A stretch of DNA of 32,000 nt from Vibrio stylophorae (GCF_921293875.1 NZ_CAKLDI010000001.1:1581915-1613914); one strand, 5' to 3'. Shown: positions 8,067 to 16,371, counted from the first letter of the stretch. The notes: generated by a model from the sequence alone, not told the origin. Program-made: numbers and translations.

Positions 8067-8283
8067 GAATCACAACCATCGTGATTCGCCTGAGAAACTA
8101 CCCAACCCAAGGACAAATGTAAAGTCGCAATGCACTTCGTCTCATATTCATCCTGTTAGCACGCCGATACAGCCAGCGCAAATAAGCTACCCCATCAAGG
8201 TGTTAAACGACATGTTCCTATACTCAACGCCAGCCAATAGATAAAACAGACAGGAAATAAACAAGCGTATATAAGAGACGCAT

Positions 8284-8306
8284 AAAAAAGCCCGCATGCT
8301 GCGGGC
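8284..8306 (-). terminator. Terminator of the LysE-ABC exporter transcription unit
   Basis: Minus strand: gcccgca / gca / tgcgggc followed by tttttt. Confidence 0.8.
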
Positions 8307-8347
8307 TTTGACTCAAAAGCGCTGATTCGAGTAATAGCCAATTGGAC

Positions 8348-10177
8348 TTAATCTATCCCTAAAAAACCACCGGTTTGATGCTGCCACAGCTGTGCATAAA
8401 TGCCGCCTGCAGCAATCAGCTCTTGGTGACTGCCCTGCTCAATGATTTGGCCTTGGTCGAGCACAATCAAGCGATCCATGGCTGCGATGGTAGACAAACG
8501 GTGGGCAATGGCGATCACGGTTTTGCCTTCCATCAGCTGGTAAAGACTCTCTTGAATCGCCGCTTCCACTTCGGAGTCCAAAGCTGAGGTGGCTTCATCC
8601 AACAGCAAAATCGGCGCGTCTTTCAACAATACGCGAGCAATGGCAATTCGCTGGCGCTGACCACCTGAAAGCTTCACCCCGCGCTCACCCACCTGCGCAT
8701 CCAATCCCACATTGCCATGGGGATCGGTGAGGCCCGCAATAAATTGGTCTGCCTGCGCTTGCTGTAATGCCGCCATCAAATCTTCTTCTGAAGCATTAGG
8801 GCGACCATACAAAATATTATCGCGAATGGAGCGATGTAGCAGTGAGGTATCTTGCGTCACCATACCAATATTGGCACGCAGCGAGTCTTGCGTCACATCG
8901 CGAATATCTTGACCATCAATCAAAATACGTCCGGTCTCGACATCATAAAAGCGCATCAACAGATTCACTAAAGTCGATTTGCCCGCCCCTGAGCGTCCCA
9001 CCAGCCCCACTTTCTCGCCAGGTTGAATATTTAAATCAAGCTGACTTAAGACCGGGTGATCTTCGCCATAATGAAAGTTAATTTGATCAAAATGAATTGC
9101 ACCAGCACTCACATCAAGCGCTTTGGCATCGGCTTTGTCTTCAATCACAATGGGTTTTGCTAGCGTGGCTGCGCCATCAACCACGGTGCCGATATTTTCA
9201 AACAGCATGCTCACTTCCCACATGATCCACTGCGACATACCGTTCAAACGCAATGCCAAAGTCACCGCAATGGCAATCGCACCCACAGAAATCAAACTGC
9301 CAGTCCAAAGCCAAATCGATACAGCCGCGATGATAAATACCAGCAAGTAGTTATTAAATTGCACGCCCAAGTTGATGCCCGTGACCAAACGCATCTGCTT
9401 GTGCACTGTGGTAAGAAATTCGGCCATGCCCTCTTTGGCATAGGCTTCTTCACGATCGGTATGGGCAAAAAGTTTCACCGTTGAGATATTGGTGTAACTG
9501 TCAACAATGCGACCCGTCATGACAGAGCGCGCATCCGCTTGCTCTGTTGCCACGCGTTTGAGTTTGGGTACGAAGTAGATTTGTAGCGCGATATAGATAG
9601 AAAGCCAAAGCAACATTGGCAGCATCAACTTATAGTCAGCTTGCGCAATCAGCACCAGCATCGCCGTAAAATACACCATGACATAAACCAACACATCGAG
9701 CAGTTTCATCACGGTTTCACGCACGGCGAGCGCCGTTTGCATCACCTTGGTGGCCACACGGCCAGCAAAATCATCTTGATAAAATGACACGCTTTGTTTG
9801 AGCAAAAATCGATGCGCTAACCAACGAATCGACATCGGATAGTTGCCCAACAGTGATTGATGCACGATCAATGAGTGAATCAGCACCAAGCCTGGCATCA
9901 CCACAAGCACCATGAGACTCATACCAATTAATTTGGATTTTTCCTGATCGACGAAGGTTTCCGGATTACTTGCCACCAACCAGTCAACCAATTGGCCCAT
10001 AAAGCCCATCAACCACACTTCTAAAATGGCAAGGGTCGCGGTAATCAGCGACATCAAAATTAAAGGCACCTCAAAACCGCGCGTATAGTGACGGCAAAAT
10101 GCATACAGCCCCTGTGGCGGCTGTATAACTTCATCGTCAGGCAATGGTTTTGTCCAATTTTCAAACCATTTCAACAT
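8348..10177 (-). CDS. ABC exporter, fused permease/ATPase (ABCB/MsbA-like half transporter)
   Basis: N-terminal 6-TM domain. Walker A GRSGAGKST, signature LSGGQRQR, Walker B ILLLDEATSALD, H-loop IAHRLST. SD aggag lies upstream. Confidence 0.92.
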   Translation of the reverse strand: MLKWFENWTKPLPDDEVIQPPQGLYAFCRHYTRGFEVPLILMSLITATLAILEVWLMGFMGQLVDWLVASNPETFVDQEKSKLIGMSLMVLVVMPGLVLIHSLIVHQSLLGNYPMSIRWLAHRFLLKQSVSFYQDDFAGRVATKVMQTALAVRETVMKLLDVLVYVMVYFTAMLVLIAQADYKLMLPMLLWLSIYIALQIYFVPKLKRVATEQADARSVMTGRIVDSYTNISTVKLFAHTDREEAYAKEGMAEFLTTVHKQMRLVTGINLGVQFNNYLLVFIIAAVSIWLWTGSLISVGAIAIAVTLALRLNGMSQWIMWEVSMLFENIGTVVDGAATLAKPIVIEDKADAKALDVSAGAIHFDQINFHYGEDHPVLSQLDLNIQPGEKVGLVGRSGAGKSTLVNLLMRFYDVETGRILIDGQDIRDVTQDSLRANIGMVTQDTSLLHRSIRDNILYGRPNASEEDLMAALQQAQADQFIAGLTDPHGNVGLDAQVGERGVKLSGGQRQRIAIARVLLKDAPILLLDEATSALDSEVEAAIQESLYQLMEGKTVIAIAHRLSTIAAMDRLIVLDQGQIIEQGSHQELIAAGGIYAQLWQHQTGGFLGID

Positions 10178-10228
10178 GGTTGACTCCTATTTGGTCGCAG
10201 GGGAATATCATCGATTAATGGCGCGACT

Positions 10229-10855
10229 CTAATTGAATAAAATTTTGAAATAAAGCCTGATTTGCTCAACAAATACTGGGGCAATTGACAACAATAGCAA
10301 GAGCGCCATGATCCAGTTAAATAGACGCTGCGCTTTCCAGTTGGATAACCAACGTTTGAGATACACACCGCCCACCAGCCAAAGACCCACACTGCCCAAA
10401 GCAGCAAAGACAAAGATGGCACTGATCAGCAGCACCTGATAAATAAAATAATCATTCGACGTGGTGTATGCGGAAATAGCCCCCACGGCCACTACCCATG
10501 CTTTCGGATTGACCCATTGAAAGGCGGCCGCTTGCACAAAATTCAGCGGTTTTGCCGTGCTCACATCCAAGCGCGTTGGCGCAGCAGTGGCGACCCGATA
10601 AGCCAAATAGACGAGATACACAATGCCTAGGGCTTGAATCAAGCTGTGTAGCCATGGCCAAAGTTCAAAGATGGCATGAAAGCCCATACCCACAGCAATC
10701 AGCATCATGGGGAAGCCCAAACTAATCCCCCATAGGTGCGGTAGACTTCGGCGAAAACCAAAGTTTAGACCTGAGCTTAAAATCATAATATTGTTGGGGC
10801 CGGGGGTAATCGAGGTGGCGATGGCAAACAGTATCACCGCGACAAATTCAAACAT
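10229..10855 (-). CDS. LysE/RhtB-family amino-acid exporter
   Basis: 208 aa, about 6 TM segments, N-terminal signature SITPGPNN. Only 51 nt and no hairpin before the ABC gene, so co-transcription is likely. Confidence 0.85.
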   Translation of the reverse strand: MFEFVAVILFAIATSITPGPNNIMILSSGLNFGFRRSLPHLWGISLGFPMMLIAVGMGFHAIFELWPWLHSLIQALGIVYLVYLAYRVATAAPTRLDVSTAKPLNFVQAAAFQWVNPKAWVVAVGAISAYTTSNDYFIYQVLLISAIFVFAALGSVGLWLVGGVYLKRWLSNWKAQRLFNWIMALLLLLSIAPVFVEQIRLYFKILFN

Positions 10856-10930
10856 AGCGCTTCCCTGCGTTGTGCTGTTTTATCTTTTGATGTGATTTCA
10901 ATTGACCATAAATTCAGCATTTGCTCAAGA

Positions 10931-10964
10931 TAAAATAAAAACGCCGCATCATCACACGCGGCGT
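10931..10964 (-). terminator. Terminator after the RNase BN/Z gene
   Basis: Minus strand: acgccgc / gtgtgatgat / gcggcgt followed by ttttatttta. Confidence 0.7.
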
Positions 10965-10987
10965 TTATTTGATGCGTTTTCTTTCAT

Positions 10988-11974
10988 CTATTTTGACGCG
11001 ATGCGTTTTGCATCTGCCACTCGAACCATTTGACCGCTGCGATTTAAGTGATAACAGGCAAAATCTTCGGCAAGAAATAAGGTTCCCGCATAAGCCATGC
11101 GCGCTTCAGACTCAATATCCGAAATCGTGGCACCGGGTTTGCCATGCGTGTGATAACGCGAGCTAAAATGGGTGAGTAATAAATTAGGGATTTGGGCACA
11201 TTCAGCAAAACGGGCAATGTTTAGCGCGCTTGAGTGCATGGGGCCTTGTCCAACCTTATCCGCAACAGCTTGGGTATAGGTGGCTTCATGGACCAATGCA
11301 TCGGCATATTGAGCCATTTGATGCAGTAAGTTTGGCGCTGCGTTATCACCGCAAAGCATGATTTTTTGCCCTCGCGCGGCAGGTCGTAAATAATCTTCCG
11401 CACGATATGGCGGGACATCATAGCCCTTTTGCAGCTGACTCCAGATGGGCCCCGTGGGCACAGCGTCCGCTTTGAGCTTTTCAATATTGAGCTTGCGATC
11501 GCGCGGTTGGAGCGAAAAACCAAAGCCATAACTGGGTACCCGATGGGCCAGCGCTACCACATCCAGCACAAAATCATGGCTACGATAATTCTGCTGGCTT
11601 TGCTCTAAGCAAGCGACATCGAGCCAGTGCATCTCAAAGGAAAGGTGGAGCTCAGTCAGCGCAGCGCTTTGCTCAAACCAAAGCTGAATTGCCTGCGGCG
11701 CAATGATGGTCAGCGGCAGCGTTCGCCCCGCCATAGCGGCACTTGCCAATAGACCCAGTAAGCCATAGCAATGATCGCCATGCACATGGGTGATACACAC
11801 AAGTTCAAGCTGCGATAGTGAAAGCGATGTATGCAAAATCTGATGCTGCGTCCCTTCACCGCAATCCACCAAGCACCAATTTTTATTGCCATAACGGCGC
11901 AGCGCCATGGCTGATACATTGCGATGTTTGGTTGGCGTACCCGCGCTGGTACCCAGCATGATCAACTCAATCAT
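10988..11974 (-). CDS. rbn: Ribonuclease BN / RNase Z (metallo-beta-lactamase fold)
   Basis: MIELIMLGTSAGTPT, DCGEGTQHQ, HVHGDHCYG (HxHxDH), THFSSRY. Collinear with E. coli Rbn/ElaC as I recall it. Confidence 0.9.
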   Translation of the reverse strand: MIELIMLGTSAGTPTKHRNVSAMALRRYGNKNWCLVDCGEGTQHQILHTSLSLSQLELVCITHVHGDHCYGLLGLLASAAMAGRTLPLTIIAPQAIQLWFEQSAALTELHLSFEMHWLDVACLEQSQQNYRSHDFVLDVVALAHRVPSYGFGFSLQPRDRKLNIEKLKADAVPTGPIWSQLQKGYDVPPYRAEDYLRPAARGQKIMLCGDNAAPNLLHQMAQYADALVHEATYTQAVADKVGQGPMHSSALNIARFAECAQIPNLLLTHFSSRYHTHGKPGATISDIESEARMAYAGTLFLAEDFACYHLNRSGQMVRVADAKRIASK

Positions 11975-12004
11975 CGCTGACTCCTTGGTTTTATTGGATT
12001 GGCT

Positions 12005-12505
12005 TTATTGGATCCGCTTTAGATAGCGCGCGCAATCCAAATTGGTTGAGAAATGATTAAAACTAAAGCCTCTTTGGCCATAGTACAAACGATCATTCTC
12101 AATCGCTGCAGTAATAAATTGCACCGACATTGATGACTCACCCTGACTACGAGACTCAAGCTGCACAATCCCTGACCATTGATAGTGCCCCGTTAATGCC
12201 GGCTTGCCCACGATGGCATAACGCTCCATTTGCGATACCAAAGCGGACTTCGTTGCGACCTCACGACAGAGCGGATCTTGATATTTTCGCACTGTGCTGA
12301 GCATGATGCCGCGCTCTATGTTTAATTCAACAACTTGGTAGACATTAGGCGTCTCATCGACGCGACACTCTGAGATCCAGCGACCTTCTAGCGGCGATAG
12401 TGCTTTATTTTCAAGTGCATCGACTTGTGCCAAACAGGAAAAAGCAAACACAGCGCTAAAGCCAAGCACTGCGCCATAACATAATCGAGAAACAACTGAT
12501 TTCAT
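12005..12505 (-). CDS. Hypothetical secreted protein
   Basis: Start moved to MKSVVSRLCYGAVLGFSAVFAFSCLAQ (signal peptide). No recognisable domain. Ends 30 nt before the rbn start, whose SD is aaggag. Confidence 0.6.
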   Translation of the reverse strand: MKSVVSRLCYGAVLGFSAVFAFSCLAQVDALENKALSPLEGRWISECRVDETPNVYQVVELNIERGIMLSTVRKYQDPLCREVATKSALVSQMERYAIVGKPALTGHYQWSGIVQLESRSQGESSMSVQFITAAIENDRLYYGQRGFSFNHFSTNLDCARYLKRIQ

Positions 12506-12561
12506 AAAAACTTGAGGCGTTTTGCCTAGCATGTTGACTCAGCAAACTCACCCATTACCCT

Positions 12562-12599
12562 AAAAACAAAAACGACTGACTTAAACCAAGCCAGTCGTT
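12562..12599 (-). terminator. Terminator after the GNAT gene
   Basis: Minus strand: aacgactg / 13-nt loop / cagtcgtt followed by tttgttttt. Confidence 0.55.
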
Positions 12600-12617
12600 T
12601 GATCAAAAAATTAAAAT

Positions 12618-13064
12618 TTAAAGCGCGTGATGCGCCATTACCCAGCGCGCTTGCCCTGGGCCAAAATAATCTTGCTCTTCGCCTACTTTAAAAAAGCCAA
12701 GGCGCTGATAAAGATGACAAGCTGGTGCATTTTCAGGATCCACCGTCAGGCGAATTTGCTGATAGTTCAGACGCACCATCGCTTGCTGCAACAAAGCGCG
12801 GCCAATCCCTTCACCCTGCACACTATCATCCACCGCCAAAGACAGGACCCACCCTAGGCCAGCGTGCTCACTGTTTGCCAGCACAATGTAACCCAAAATC
12901 CCCTGCGGTGAGCGGCAGACTAAAAACCCCTCAGACCAGCAGTCAAAAGCTTGGCGAAAGAAAAAATCAGGATAGCTGTGATGACCAAACAGTTTGTGCT
13001 CAAGCTCAGCAACAGCAGCTAATTCATGTTTTTCAATCGGACGAATTAAGCGGGGATGGCTCAT
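12618..13064 (-). CDS. GNAT-family N-acetyltransferase (RimI-like)
   Basis: 148 aa. Acetyl-CoA motif VQGEGIGRALLQQA, followed by YQRLGF. Confidence 0.85.
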   Translation of the reverse strand: MSHPRLIRPIEKHELAAVAELEHKLFGHHSYPDFFFRQAFDCWSEGFLVCRSPQGILGYIVLANSEHAGLGWVLSLAVDDSVQGEGIGRALLQQAMVRLNYQQIRLTVDPENAPACHLYQRLGFFKVGEEQDYFGPGQARWVMAHHAL

Positions 13065-13321
13065 GGATCCTTGCTCACAAAAAAGTTAGAAATAAGCCTC
13101 AATATGATCGCATAAATTGAACCTTGAACAAGTCTCAGCCACCGCCTTATGCGCCTCTTTTACCAAGGCTTGAGCGCGATCACGAAATTACCGCACAATC
13201 GACTATTTCCTCATCACTTGTCTATTTCATCAACCAACGCGTGATCAATCAGTCCGTTACCTAAATTGGCTATTTGGTTAACGAACTATCTCATCAAGTA
13301 ACACAGCTGACCGTATTTGTT

Positions 13322-13801
13322 TTACCGACAGCGCCAACTGTCTTGATAAATACTTTGTAGCTCAAGATCAACAGCAAATTGAACATCCAGTGTTTGTCTT
13401 GAATCAGCTTTTGAAAGCTTGGTTTGGCAATCCCAGTGCTCAATCACTGTCGCTTGCTTTGTTTCCTGCTCAGCCGTTGGCTTGTGGTAAAGCACAGGGG
13501 CACAATCCAGCGCCAGCGTATTGCGATGCGTCAAAGCATTCGGCTCAAAGCTCGCTAGCCAAGGTTTTAAATCCGCCACCTCGCATAGTGCAGATTCGCG
13601 CTGGGTAGACTGCGCCATCTGCTGCCAAAACAAAATTTGTACTTGCGTAAGCTGCGCAGCACTTAAGGTTTGCGCCTTTGCTGCTGATACTGGTGCTAAT
13701 ACTGATTGGGACTCGCTTTGTGCTATCTCGCTTTGTGCAATAGATACGGCACTGAATAAACATCCGACGACCAGCGTCAAACATGCTGCGGATTGATTCA
13801 T
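13322..13801 (-). CDS. Hypothetical secreted protein
   Basis: Signal peptide MNQSAACLTLVVGCLFSAVSIAQS. 4 Cys in the mature part. No recognisable domain. Confidence 0.6.
   Translation of the reverse strand: MNQSAACLTLVVGCLFSAVSIAQSEIAQSESQSVLAPVSAAKAQTLSAAQLTQVQILFWQQMAQSTQRESALCEVADLKPWLASFEPNALTHRNTLALDCAPVLYHKPTAEQETKQATVIEHWDCQTKLSKADSRQTLDVQFAVDLELQSIYQDSWRCR
13712..13738. repeat. In-frame 15-bp tandem duplication inside the 13322-13801 gene
   Basis: ctcgctttgtgc-tat-ctcgctttgtgc, encoding the repeated AQSEI/AQSES just after the signal peptide. Confidence 0.8.
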
Positions 13802-13903
13802 CTCTTTTTCATCCTTAAAAAATTCGCTCTTATCCTTTGAGCAAAAAATGCATCATATACAAAAGGTTACCAATCAGATAGCGAAATGCATCTGAAATTT
13901 CAC

Positions 13904-13932
13904 TTGTATCTATGTAACCCGCGCCCTATTAT
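13904..13932 (+). promoter_or_regulatory. Putative sigma70 promoter of arsR
   Basis: TTGTAT (13904-13909), 17-nt spacer, TATTAT (13927-13932). Confidence 0.45.
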
Positions 13933-13938
13933 CATCGC

Positions 13939-13953
13939 AATTCGACGATTGAC
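13939..13953. promoter_or_regulatory. Putative ArsR operator, site 1
   Basis: aATTCGACGATTgac lies immediately downstream of the -10. The 11-nt core ATTCGACGATT recurs upstream of acr3. Confidence 0.45.
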
Positions 13954-13961
13954 TATATTTA

Positions 13962-14342
13962 ATGAAGATGCAAAATACTGAGCTTGATTGCCAACCTTGT
14001 TCGCTACCACAGCCATCGGCAGCACACAAAGTACAGATTCAACAACTGGCAGAAACTGCCAAAGCCTTGTCTCATCCAGCTCGCGTGCAAATTTTGACCC
14101 ATCTATTGGCACTGCACCAAGCGGGCGGCTGTTTAAATAGCGATTTGGTGGGACAACTCGGCTTGGCGCAATCAACGGTATCTGAGCACCTGCGAATCCT
14201 TAAAAAAGCGGGCCTGATTGAAGCAACACCCATGCCGCCACGCACGTGCTATCGCCTCGCACCGCAAGCACTCGTCGAATTTCAGCAATTGTTTGCCGCA
14301 CTTTTTGCGCTCAAACCAAACAGCAAGCCAAACTGCAAGTAA
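13962..14342 (+). CDS. arsR: ArsR/SmtB-family metalloregulator
   Basis: Winged-helix core SHPARVQILTHL...LAQSTVSEHLRILKKAGLI. Adjacent to acr3. Confidence 0.9.
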   Translation: MKMQNTELDCQPCSLPQPSAAHKVQIQQLAETAKALSHPARVQILTHLLALHQAGGCLNSDLVGQLGLAQSTVSEHLRILKKAGLIEATPMPPRTCYRLAPQALVEFQQLFAALFALKPNSKPNCK

Positions 14343-14360
14343 AGTACGACACTTTTTTTG

Positions 14361-14384
14361 AGCAAAGCACGGGCTTTGCTTTTT
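14361..14384 (+). terminator. Rho-independent terminator between arsR and acr3
   Basis: agcaaagc / acgg / gctttgct followed by ttttatt. Confidence 0.7.
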
Positions 14385-14399
14385 ATTGACAACAAACAT

Positions 14400-14418
14400 C
14401 GTTATTCGACGATTAACG
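14400..14418. promoter_or_regulatory. Putative ArsR operator, site 2 (19-bp near-perfect dyad)
   Basis: CGTTATTCG-A-CGATTAACG: 8 of 9 half-site positions are self-complementary. Lies 9 nt downstream of a TTGACA hexamer (14386-14391). Confidence 0.5.
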
Positions 14419-14432
14419 AATTATAACTACCA

Positions 14433-14468
14433 AATAACAGATGCCGAATAACAGATGCTGAATACAGA
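14433..14468. repeat. 14-bp tandem repeat, about 2.6 copies, in the acr3 leader
   Basis: aataacagatgcCG / aataacagatgcTG / aatacaga. Confidence 0.85.
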
Positions 14469-14505
14469 AAATGATGCAGCCGCATCCCAACATTGGAGAG
14501 CCCAA

Positions 14506-15600
14506 ATGAATACAGCCTCTGCTACGAAAGTGGCCACGCCGATGCCCAAACTCGGTTGGCTCGATCGCTACCTTACCCTTTGGATTGCCCTTGCCATGAT
14601 CCTTGGCGTCAGCATTGGTGCACTTTGGCCACAAGTGGCCGATTGGCAAGAGTCCATGACCATCGGCAGCACCAATATACCCCTGGCCATTGGCTTGATT
14701 TTGATGATGTACCCGCCCCTTGCCAAAGTAGACTATCGCTTACTGCCCAAAATCCGTCACGACAAACAAGCCATTATTCTCTCGCTGGTGATGAACTGGT
14801 TAGTGGGGCCGATTTTGATGTTTGTGCTGGCGCTGATGTTTCTCGGCTCTCACCCCGGCTATATGGCAGGCGTGATCCTCATTGGCTTAGCGCGCTGCAT
14901 CGCCATGGTCTTGGTTTGGAACGATCTCGCTGATGGTGACCGCGAATATGGCGCGGCGCTAGTTGCGCTCAATAGCCTCTTTCAGATTGCCACATACAGT
15001 TTTATGGCTTGGCTGTTTATCTCCGTACTTCCGGAAAAACTGGGTTATGCCAGTACCGAGATTGACATCAGCATGGGGCAAATCACTGAAAGCGTGTTGA
15101 TCTATCTTGGCATTCCATTTGCTGCGGGCTTTTTAAGCCGCACCCTACTTTGCAAATTCAAAGGACAAACTTGGTATCAGCAACAGTTTTTACCGCGCAT
15201 TGCACCCATCACCCTGATTGCGCTACTGGCGACCATTGTGCTGATGTTTAGTCTTAAAGGTCAGATGATTCTCACCCTTCCTTTGGATATGCTGCGCATC
15301 GCGCTGCCGCTCGGCATCTATTTCGTACTGATGTTTAGTGCAAGCTACCTGATTGGGCGAAAACTCAACATTGCGCCAAATAAGAATACTGCCATCGCCT
15401 TTACCGCCACGGGCAATAACTTTGAACTTGCCATTGCTGTGGCCATTGCGATCTTTGGCCTGCATTCAGACCAAGCCTTTGCAGGGGTTATTGGTCCGCT
15501 CATTGAAGTGCCAGTATTAATTGCGCTTGTCCATGTAGCTCGCCGCTGGCAGCAGCAAGACAAACAAGCGACTCAACAAACAGCGGCTCAAACCGAGTGA
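14506..15600 (+). CDS. acr3: ACR3-family arsenite efflux permease
   Basis: LDRYLTLWIALAMILG near the N-terminus, and the conserved GLARCIAMV cysteine motif. About 10 TM segments. Start set at ATG 14506 (ggagag 5 nt upstream); the ORF-track start 14455 lies inside the leader repeat. Confidence 0.9.
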   Translation: MNTASATKVATPMPKLGWLDRYLTLWIALAMILGVSIGALWPQVADWQESMTIGSTNIPLAIGLILMMYPPLAKVDYRLLPKIRHDKQAIILSLVMNWLVGPILMFVLALMFLGSHPGYMAGVILIGLARCIAMVLVWNDLADGDREYGAALVALNSLFQIATYSFMAWLFISVLPEKLGYASTEIDISMGQITESVLIYLGIPFAAGFLSRTLLCKFKGQTWYQQQFLPRIAPITLIALLATIVLMFSLKGQMILTLPLDMLRIALPLGIYFVLMFSASYLIGRKLNIAPNKNTAIAFTATGNNFELAIAVAIAIFGLHSDQAFAGVIGPLIEVPVLIALVHVARRWQQQDKQATQQTAAQTE

Positions 15601-15642
15601 TAAACACCCGAGCGAAAAAGAAACGAATAATTCAATGAAAAT

Positions 15643-15662
15643 GCGGCTAGTGCCGCTTTTTT
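15643..15662 (+). terminator. Terminator of acr3
   Basis: gcggc / tagt / gccgc followed by tttttt. Confidence 0.7.
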
Positions 15663-15714
15663 GATCGATATGGAAGAGAGAAAAAACTCGAAGAACGAGA
15701 GCAACGAAAAGAGG

Positions 15715-16371
15715 TTAAACCCCTAAAATCCAATCTAAGCTCAGCCAAGTGATTGCCATCAGCACCGCCGTGGTTGCCAAGGTCATCACCAATACCGCTG
15801 CGGTGGTTTTCAGCCAGCCTTGCAGCCCTTTGGCATGAAAACTCCAACCCACCAATCGCACCAGATGAACGATCCAAGCCAGTACTGCCACCACAGTAAA
15901 ATAACCGAGCATGGTTGGGAAAATGGAGTAACGTAGCCAAGGGTTCGCCATATAAAGCAGCATCAAAGCCGCCAGTGTGATGAGTAAGGGCAAAGACCAA
16001 GCCAGCGCAAAACGCATTTTAGCTGCTGAAACCGCATAGCCAAATCGCCGACCACTGAGCGCGAGAAAATAGCCGGCAAAATAGAGCCAAGCCACCAGCA
16101 ATACCCCCAAGAACGCTGCAAAAGCAAAACTTTGCAGTGCGATTTTTAATAAGTTTGCTTGTACCAAAGGATTAATAAAGAGCGGCGCGGTGATCACCAA
16201 ACCAAATAAACCGCCCAATAAACAGGCGAGAAATCGCGCGCTACTTTCACCTTGAGCTCCTTGCGAAAAAGCCGCTTTGCCCGTCGCTGTATCAACAAAC
16301 TCACCCTGCTCCCACTGGCGAATGGTACTCACTGGGCGCGTTAACATCGCCCACCATAATCTCGGTGTCAT
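15715..16371 (-). CDS. Integral membrane protein, Yip1-domain-like (5-6 TM)
   Basis: 218 aa. A short cytoplasmic N-terminus followed by consecutive hydrophobic helices. SD aggagg. The family call is tentative. Confidence 0.6.
   Translation of the reverse strand: MTPRLWWAMLTRPVSTIRQWEQGEFVDTATGKAAFSQGAQGESSARFLACLLGGLFGLVITAPLFINPLVQANLLKIALQSFAFAAFLGVLLVAWLYFAGYFLALSGRRFGYAVSAAKMRFALAWSLPLLITLAALMLLYMANPWLRYSIFPTMLGYFTVVAVLAWIVHLVRLVGWSFHAKGLQGWLKTTAAVLVMTLATTAVLMAITWLSLDWILGV

Noticed and set aside
12627-13120. + strand ORFs 12627-12857 and 12725-13120, antisense to the GNAT gene.
   Set aside because: The GNAT frame has a clear acetyl-CoA-binding motif. The antisense products are Pro/Gln/His-rich with no features.
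12618-13321. Considered a GNAT-toxin/antitoxin pair (TacT/KacT-like).
   Set aside because: There is no small upstream antitoxin ORF in 13065-13321. The GNAT looks RimI-like, not like the tRNA-acetylating toxin subgroup.
14455-14505. Upstream start of acr3 (MLNTENDAAASQHWRAQ), and the alternative-frame ORF 14493-14933.
   Set aside because: ATG 14455 lies inside the leader tandem repeat and has no SD. ATG 14506 has ggagag 5 nt upstream and gives an N-terminal length typical of ACR3. The 146-aa alternative frame is Arg/His/Pro-rich with no TM segments.
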